Of a DNA stretch of 64,000 nucleotides, positions 56,070 through 64,000 are shown piece after piece. The position numbers and the translations under genes are program-made. This DNA is from Octopus vulgaris (lineage: Eukaryota). Positions within the stretch are counted from its first letter, which is position 1. Every line of letters begins with the position of its first letter. The notes under the pieces are model-generated. The model was not told where the DNA came from, did no database searches, and saw only the letters and a program-made list of their open reading frames with translations. The DNA lies in NCBI GenBank assembly GCA_951406725.2, contig OX597839.1:8866001-8930000 (forward strand), given 5' to 3'.

Positions 56070-57453
56070 TACAGATACATGCACACATACCTATATACAC
56101 ATATATATATATACAAATGTATGCACATACAGATATATCCACACAGACATATATACACATGCATATATATATATATATACACACACACGCACACATGCAG
56201 ATACATGCACACATACCTATATACACATATATATATACAAATGTATGCACATACAGATATATCCACACATAGACATATATACACATACACATGCATATAT
56301 ATATATACATATATATACACACACACACACAGATACATGCACACATACATACATACATACACATACATACACGATTGTACATACACACAGACACACACAC
56401 AAATGCTGATATATGTACACATACATACATACACTGCCATATATATACATGCAATCAACCAGATGCATCTATATCCATACATCAGTGAAAATGTAATAAT
56501 AAGTTAAGAGGCCAACGATTTCTGAGTCATATGAAATCTTGTAAGAAGTTTGTGTGGTGTTAGTGATGGTGATAAATGGAGATGAGGAGGAAGCTAGAAT
56601 TTTATTGTCAGCTCTCTCTCTCTCTCACACACACATACACACATACACACATGCACACACACACACATGTGTGTGTGTGCACACATGCAAATAAAGGCAG
56701 ATAAATGCAAAGGGGAATTAATGCCCAATCAAGCACAAAATGTCACAAAATGTTAGTAGTTGAGGAATTTTAAGTTCTATACTACAACACCAACCACAGC
56801 ACCACAACCTTCTCCGAACACCCACGGTGCCACCGCCAACACCACTACAACCAACCAGAAACACCACCACCACTACCACCACTACCACCACCACCAACAC
56901 CACCACCAACACCAACACCACCACCACCACCACCACCACCACCACCACCACCACCAACACCAACACCACCACCATTACCACCACCACCACCACCACCATC
57001 ATCATCGCAACTTAAAACTCCACTACAACCAGAGCACCATCGCCACCACTACTGCTATTCCCTTTACCAGAATCTCAATCACAACCAATATCATGCCCAC
57101 CACCACTCTTGCCCCCCCACCACCACCACCACCACAAGCTAGCTTATTTAATTTTGTGAAATCATCCTGGCTCTTTTAGGTCCACCAAAACCACTATCAT
57201 CATCATCGTCACCATCACCACCACTACAGCCACTCCCACAACCACCACCACCACCATCGACCAATACCACCACAAGCAACCACCCTTATTCAATTTTGTG
57301 GAATTAGTTTTAATCTCTTAGGTCCTCCACCACAGCCACCAACATTAATAACAGAACGACCCCTAACAATACCACACTCTGCCTGTGAAAATTAATTTAG
57401 GAAATTAAGCAATAGTGGATAGGGTTCATGTAGATTAGTGGATGTGTGGGTGG

Positions 57454-57512
<59 letters not shown>

Positions 57513-57537
57513 GTATATATGTATGTATATATGTGTG

Positions 57538-57569
<32 letters not shown>

Positions 57570-57689
57570 CACACACACACATATATGTATGTATGTATGT
57601 ATGCATGTATGTATATATACACATATATATATAAACATATATGTATATATGTATATGTTTATGTATGTATGTATGTATGTATGTATGTA

Positions 57690-57737
<48 letters not shown>

Positions 57738-58300
57738 ATACACACACACACATACACATGTACGCACACACACAAATATATAGTGTGTGTGTACATATAA
57801 ATACACACTTATAAACACACATACATATATACACACATATATAAGGCCATGTGAACAGAAACAAAGTGTGTATGTGTTGACAAGCATGACAACATGGAGA
57901 GGATGGGGTTAGGACTTTGGTGCCAACAGACAGAAACTAGGAGAGAGAGAGAGGGGGGGAGATAGAGAGAGAGAGACCGTGCTTGTAGTGAGAGTGGTGG
58001 GGAAGGAATTCAGACAGATGTGTAACTATTTATAATTAGAAAATACCACCACACACACACACACACACACACAGGATGAATAATAAAGATACAGACAATC
58101 GATGACAGTGATGACAACAACAATATCAACAATACTAATACTTGTGCCCAGGTGATCATGACATGGGTAATAAATAAGGATTCCTTACAGAGGCAAAAGA
58201 CCTCTAATTTAGGGGTGGCGTGGGCTGAGAGAGATGAAATTGACCCTGCCACCAATTCTTGACTAAGGCAATATTTTACTGAGCTGCCTTCTACCATACC

Positions 58301-58532
58301 TATTTCTTTATTGCCCACAAGGGGCTAAACATAGAGGGGACAAACAAGGACAGACATGGGTATTAAGTCGATTACATCGACCCCAGAGCGTAACTGGTAC
58401 TTAATTTATCGACCCCGAAAGGATGAAAGGCAAAGTCGACCTTGGCGGAATTTGAACTCAGAATGCAGCGGCAGGCAAAATACCACAAAGCACTTCGCCC
58501 GTCGTGCTAATGTTTCTGCCAGCTCGCTACCC
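58301..58532 (-). mobile_element. SINE D, full length with 11-bp TSD
   Basis: tctaccatacc at 58290-58300 and 58533-58543. Confidence 0.92.
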
Positions 58533-58598
58533 TCTACCATACCCTGGAAGAATCAAAGATCTGCTAAATCTTTATTTAAACACAAAACGTAATGGTAT

Positions 58599-58756
58599 GG
58601 CACAGGTGTGGCTGTGTGGCAAGAAGCTTGCTTCCCAACCACATGGTCCTGGGTTCAGTCACACTGCATGGCACCTTGGGCAAAAGTACCTTCTGCTACA
58701 GTTTCAGGCTGACCAAAGCATGTGAGTGGATTTGGTAGACGGAAACTGAAAGAAGC

Positions 58757-58796
<40 letters not shown>

Positions 58797-58989
58797 ATGT
58801 GCCTTTGTGTCTGTGTTTGTCCCGCCATCACCCCTTAACAACCAATGTTGGTGTGTTTACATCCCTGTAACTTAGCCATGCTGGTAAAAGAGACTGATAA
58901 AGTAAGTACTAAGTTTAGTACTTTGACTAAACCCTTCAAGGCAGTGCTCCAGCAATGGCCACAGTCAAATGACTGAAACAAATAAAAGA
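58599..58989 (+). mobile_element. SINE A, full length
   Basis: Matches the reference copy. Confidence 0.9.
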
Positions 58990-59025
58990 TATGTATACAT
59001 ATACATATATATATATAAACATATT

Positions 59026-59057
<32 letters not shown>

Positions 59058-59064
59058 CATACAG

Positions 59065-59133
<69 letters not shown>

Positions 59134-59179
59134 CACACACACACAACACATGTTTGGTAACTTTAGTAGTACTAGTGAC

Positions 59180-59500
59180 ACTAAAAATGCACCCAGTATA
59201 CTGTTTAGAGGTTGACATTTGGAAGGGTATACAGCCTTAGAAACCTTGAAGAGCAGGCACTGGAATCCAACATGACCTTTTGGTGGTCAGAGCCTGTTGA
59301 ATCACCCAACCCATGCCAGTTTCAAATGTGGACATTAATTGTTGTTGTTATTGCGGGTGGTGGAGATGGTGGTGGTGATGGTGATGATGATGGTGATGAT
59401 GATGACGATGATGATGATGATGATGATGATGATGGTGATGATGACGATGATGATGATGACGATGATGATGATGGTGATGATGATAATGATGATGACAATT

Positions 59501-59532
<32 letters not shown>

Positions 59533-59578
59533 AATGATAATGATGATGATAATGATGATGATGATGATGACAATGACT

Positions 59579-59610
<32 letters not shown>
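59180..59610 (+). repeat. Decayed family E followed by a ~250-bp (GAT)n expansion
   Basis: ggaagggtatacagcc...ccaacccatgccag...tggacattaa, then (GAT)n. Confidence 0.75.
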
Positions 59611-60041
59611 CTGAAGCATCATGAACTGTTATTCAGAGTTTCACAAAATCAACTTCTGGAACAATGAGACAATGGTTTTATAAATGTTCATAAAAGGTGC
59701 TGTGATAATTATTTTGGAAAATAACCAAATACACATTTAAAGCTAATTGGACAGGAGATCGTGACATTTGGACATTAATAGAATCTGTTGGATAATGTGG
59801 TTGGTTATTGATAAAAACAAAACAAAACAATATAAACATTGAAAACAAGTAAAATAAAAGCTGAATAAAACAGAATTAAATGAATTGCACTGCAAGGTTA
59901 TGTTTGCAGCCAAGGAAAATTTTCAAGCATTGTCTTTGAATTTAAGAATCACAAACAGAACAAGTTATAAAAAAGATATATGAAAGAAAGGGTAAATGAG
60001 TAAAAAATAAGTAAATTTGGTGTGAGAAAAAAGGAATGGAA

Positions 60042-60323
<282 letters not shown>

Positions 60324-60335
60324 ATAATATAATAT

Positions 60336-60716
60336 GGAGGCGCAACGGCCCAGTGGTTAGGGCAGCGGACTCGTGGCCGTAGGATCGCGGTTTCGATTCC
60401 CAGACCGGTCGTTGTGAGTGTTTATTGAGCGAAAACATCTAAAGTTCCACGAGGCTCCGGTAGGGGATGGTGGTGATCCCTGCTGTACTCTTTCACCACA
60501 ACTTTCTCTCACTCTTACTTCCTGTTTCTGTTGTACCTGTATTTCAAAGGGCTGGCCTTGTCACTCTCTGTGTCACGCTGAATATCCCCGAGAACTACGT
60601 TAAGGGTACACGTGTCTGTGGAGTACTCAGCCACTTACACGTTAATTTCAGGAGCAGGCTGTTCCGTTGATCGGATCAACCAGAACCCTCGTCGTCGTAA
60701 CTGACGGAGTGCTTCC
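60336..60716 (+). mobile_element. SINE B with tail type 2 and 10-bp TSD
   Basis: aatataatat at 60326-60335 and 60717-60726. Confidence 0.92.
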
Positions 60717-60729
60717 AATATAATATATA

Positions 60730-60946
60730 CAAGGGGGTGCTGAAAAGTTCCTGGCTTTAAGGATATCATGAAAGGCCTAGTTCGAGGCCCAACCTTTCTA
60801 GTTCCTTTAGAGGGCTTAGAAAAACTGAAGGACCACTGCAGTAAGTGTATGAATCTGAGAGGGGAATATGCTGATTAAAATCATAATTAACTGATCCTCT
60901 TGTATTTTCTTTTAACCAAAACCTGGAACCTTTCAGCACCCTCTCA
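60730..60946 (+). mobile_element. Mariner-derived MITE
   Basis: TA-flanked; TIRs gggggtgctgaaaagttcc / ggaacctttcagcaccctc; interior GLRKLKDHCSKCMNLRGEY-like remnant of a mariner C-terminus (frameshifted). Confidence 0.8.
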
Positions 60947-61032
60947 TAATCAACCCGGTATATGGGTGGTACGTATTTCATAGACTTTTGAAAGGATAAA
61001 AGGCAAAATCTAACTTTCTGTAATTTGGTGAG

Positions 61033-61259
61033 TTAACCCTTTAGTGTTCAGATTATTCAATCAAACAATATGTTTATTGGTTCACACTGATTTGAATTAA
61101 TCATGCATTATCTCATATCTTCAAGATCTTGATGGTGTAATTACTTAATGTAGAATAACATTGTAGGGTAGGTGTGAGAGCCTGGATCTGGTCAGTTTGA
61201 ACATAAAACAGATTAAATACTTTGGCCGGATATGGCCGGTTTAAATACTAAAGGGTTAA
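61033..61259 (-). mobile_element. MITE F, full length
   Basis: TTAA-flanked with CCCTTTAG TIRs. Confidence 0.93.
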
Positions 61260-61468
61260 CCCTTTATTCATTTCAGGGCCCAAATATTCTTCCTGTTTTA
61301 AGTTCAAACTACCCAGATCTGGCCTCATGCATATGCTACACTGTCATTCTATAAGTAAACAATCATATCATTCGAAATTTTTAAGTGCCAAGATATTGGA
61401 TGATTAATTCAAAACAATTTGAATAAATAAGCATTACATTTGACAGAGAAATCTGAATGCTTAAAGGG
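61256..61468 (+). mobile_element. Older MITE F copy, head-to-head with the previous one and sharing one TTAA
   Basis: Junction taaaggg-TTAA-cccttta. Confidence 0.8.
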
Positions 61469-61854
61469 ACAAACTCTGGAATCAAGGGACATAACTAAAT
61501 ATTGCAAATCATTTACTTGAAGTTACTTGGCTAAAGATTCTCTACTGGAAAATACAGTTTCACCTCTTGCACACATGCACACACACACATTGACACACAC
61601 AGACACACACACATGGAAGGAAACATAACAACTCCCCCCAACAAGAAGTGCATCCATTCAGCTTTGATCTGCGAAATAAAGCTTCATTGATTAAACTACA
61701 TTACCACCACCCCCACTACTATCCCCACCACCACCACCACCACCACAACCACCATCATCACCACCACCATCGCCGCTACCGCCATCACCATCCCCTCCAA
61801 AGCAAACAAATTTACATAAAAGCAACTGCTAATCATTTAATCAAATTTACCAGT

Positions 61855-61888
<34 letters not shown>

Positions 61889-62737
61889 GGTGGTGATAGT
61901 GTTGGTGATGGAGATGAAGAGGCAAGGTAGAGTAGAAGCGATGGCTTATTGATTCTTCATCTTTGTTGTTATGTTTTTATTGTGTTGTATGTTGAGTGTT
62001 TTTTTTTTTGTTTATGCTTTCATTTTGCTGTTAATGCTAAACAATGATCAGAAAGTCAACTTGTTTACTTCTCCTTCTCGCCTTTTATATATTTGTTTAT
62101 TGTCCCATCGCCCCGAACCTAGCCAAACTTAAGGTAAAAATGTGATTTTTCAAGCCAGGTTCTCTGCAAAACTGGCAACAAACAAACAAAAAAAAAAACA
62201 ACATTAACAAACAAGAAGTAAAAAAAAAACAAAAAAACAATTTAATGTTTTAACATAAATGAAATGTTTTGCTGGCAATGTTCACACATGAGTGTTAAAC
62301 ACACACACACAACTGTAAACATAAACACAAATGTGAACACAACTGTAAACAACTCAAACAAATGTCAGGGCAAACTTAAAAACGTAAACAAAAATAAACA
62401 TAAATGTAAACACAAGCACAAACAAAAACATCATGGGGCAGTTTACAGCTGTAAATGTTATTCATTGAATAATCAACAATGAAAAGCTACGTGAAATGGA
62501 ATTTTTGATATTACAGCTAAATATATTTTCGTTACACAATGCACATACACACACACATGTATATACATATGCATACACAAGTACATGTGCATATGTGCAT
62601 ACACATAAACACATGTAGCCAAGCACAAACATTTGCACATATACACACCATATGATTTATGCAGATTATTTAAGCACACCCCCCAATGCACATACACACT
62701 TGCATATATTAATATATATTAATATATATGTGACCAC

Positions 62738-62966
62738 CAGGCGGTGAGCTGGTAGAAACGTTAGCACGCCGGGCGAAATTCGTAGCCGTATTTCGTCTGT
62801 CGTTACGTTCTGAGTTCAAATTCCGCCGAGGTCGACTTTGCCTTTCATCCTTTCGGGGTCGATAAATTAAGTACCAGTTACGCACTGGGGTCGATGTAGT
62901 CGACTTAATCCCTTTGTCTGTCCTTGTTTGTCCCCTCTGTGTTTAGCCCCTTGTGGGTAGTAAAGA
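62738..62966 (+). mobile_element. SINE D, full-length reference copy with 17-bp TSD
   Basis: aatatatatgtgaccac at 62721-62737 and 62967-62983; B-box gagttcaaattcc; central gcctttcatcctttcggggtcgataaattaagtacc. Confidence 0.95.
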
Positions 62967-62974
62967 AATATATA

Positions 62975-63182
62975 TGTGACCACGTGTGTACCGTTGTCGA
63001 TTTTTTTCCTCCGTCTTCCCTTCTCTGGATCTTTCCTTCTCCTATGTTTCTGACAAAGAGCTCCACTCGAAACGTTAAACCCTCCTTCTTCTCTTCCTTC
63101 CTGAGCATCCAATAATACTATATTTGTTCCACGTCCTCGCGTTGTTGTGTTTTCTCTTTGTGTTTTTATGTTTGGATTAACT
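62975..63182 (+). mobile_element. Short (TA)n-embedded element with a minimal hammerhead-like motif (63046-63080)
   Basis: gttt-CTGACAA-a-gag ctcca ctc-GAAAC-GTT-aaac. Confidence 0.6.
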
Positions 63183-63493
63183 ATATATATATATATATGT
63201 ATAGCAAATAAGAAAATGGAGAAGCACATTAGTTGGTTCATCAACTCTAGGATATTTGGTATATTAATAATTGGGTATTATACCAACAGTATATTGGATA
63301 AGTATTATCCCTTAGTGGGTTGGATCAACAACCCTTAACTTACTTGAGAGCTTTTTCATCCATGAAAGGTTGAATGGTCGTGGTTGGAACTTAGATTAGA
63401 GACCTACTTCAACAATTACTGAAATAAGGCATCATGTGAAAATTTAAATCCTTGAATAAATGATTGAATGTTGTGTTTGTGTAATATAGACAT

Positions 63494-63930
63494 GGAGCTG
63501 GTATGGCTGTGAGGTAAGAAGCTTGCTACCCAAGCAAATAGTTCCAGGTTCAGTCCCACTGCATGGCACCTCGAGCAAGTGTCATTTACTACAACCTTGG
63601 GCTGGCCAAAACCTAGTGAGCAGATTTACTAAAAGGAAACTGGAAGAAGCCCATGATATACATGTGTGTGCATGTGTGTGTGTATGTGTGCGTGTGTGTG
63701 TGTGTGTGTGTGCGTGTGTCTTTGTGTCCCCACACCACTGCTTGGCAACCAGTGTTGGTGTATTTAAGTCCCTGTGACTTAACAGTTGGACAAAAGAGCC
63801 AGATAGAGTAAGTACAAGGTTTAAAAAGCAAAAACCACACTAATATTGAGGTCAATTCATTCTACTAAAACTTCTTCAATGTGGTGCCCCAGCATGACCA
63901 CAGTCTAACGACTGAAACATTTAAAAGATA
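63494..63930 (+). mobile_element. SINE A, diverged full length
   Basis: Matches the reference copy. Confidence 0.85.
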
Positions 63931-64000
63931 CTAAAGTATGGTATACACTGAGTGCATGCTTGTGCTGAATGGTTGGGAGAGAGTCAACATGTTAACATGT

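Overview
This is AT-rich eukaryotic non-coding DNA (intronic or intergenic). It is most likely from an octopod cephalopod, inferred from the dense (TA)n/(CA)n/(GAT)n/(GAA)n microsatellites and the style of the tRNA-derived SINEs. I recognise no host protein-coding gene; almost all supplied ORFs are microsatellite or SINE translations. The window is a mosaic of several SINE-type families (my labels A, A', B, C, D, E), a TTAA-flanked piggyBac-type MITE (F), Tc1/mariner relics, two non-autonomous Helitrons, an 8-bp-TSD MITE carrying TTAGGG-like repeats, and decayed LINE reverse-transcriptase fragments. Most interesting signals: (1) five short elements with type I hammerhead-ribozyme-like cores, including one nearly complete fold at 35792-35890 and two DNA foldbacks centred on the core (Penelope-like/retrozyme-like); (2) inverted repeat copies that look homogenised or locally copied; (3) one SINE body carrying three unrelated 3' tails; (4) two adjacent, unrelated triplications with the same ~185-bp period; (5) a candidate core promoter and a candidate exon in unique islands. 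All alignments and counts were done by eye, and repeat boundaries are approximate.
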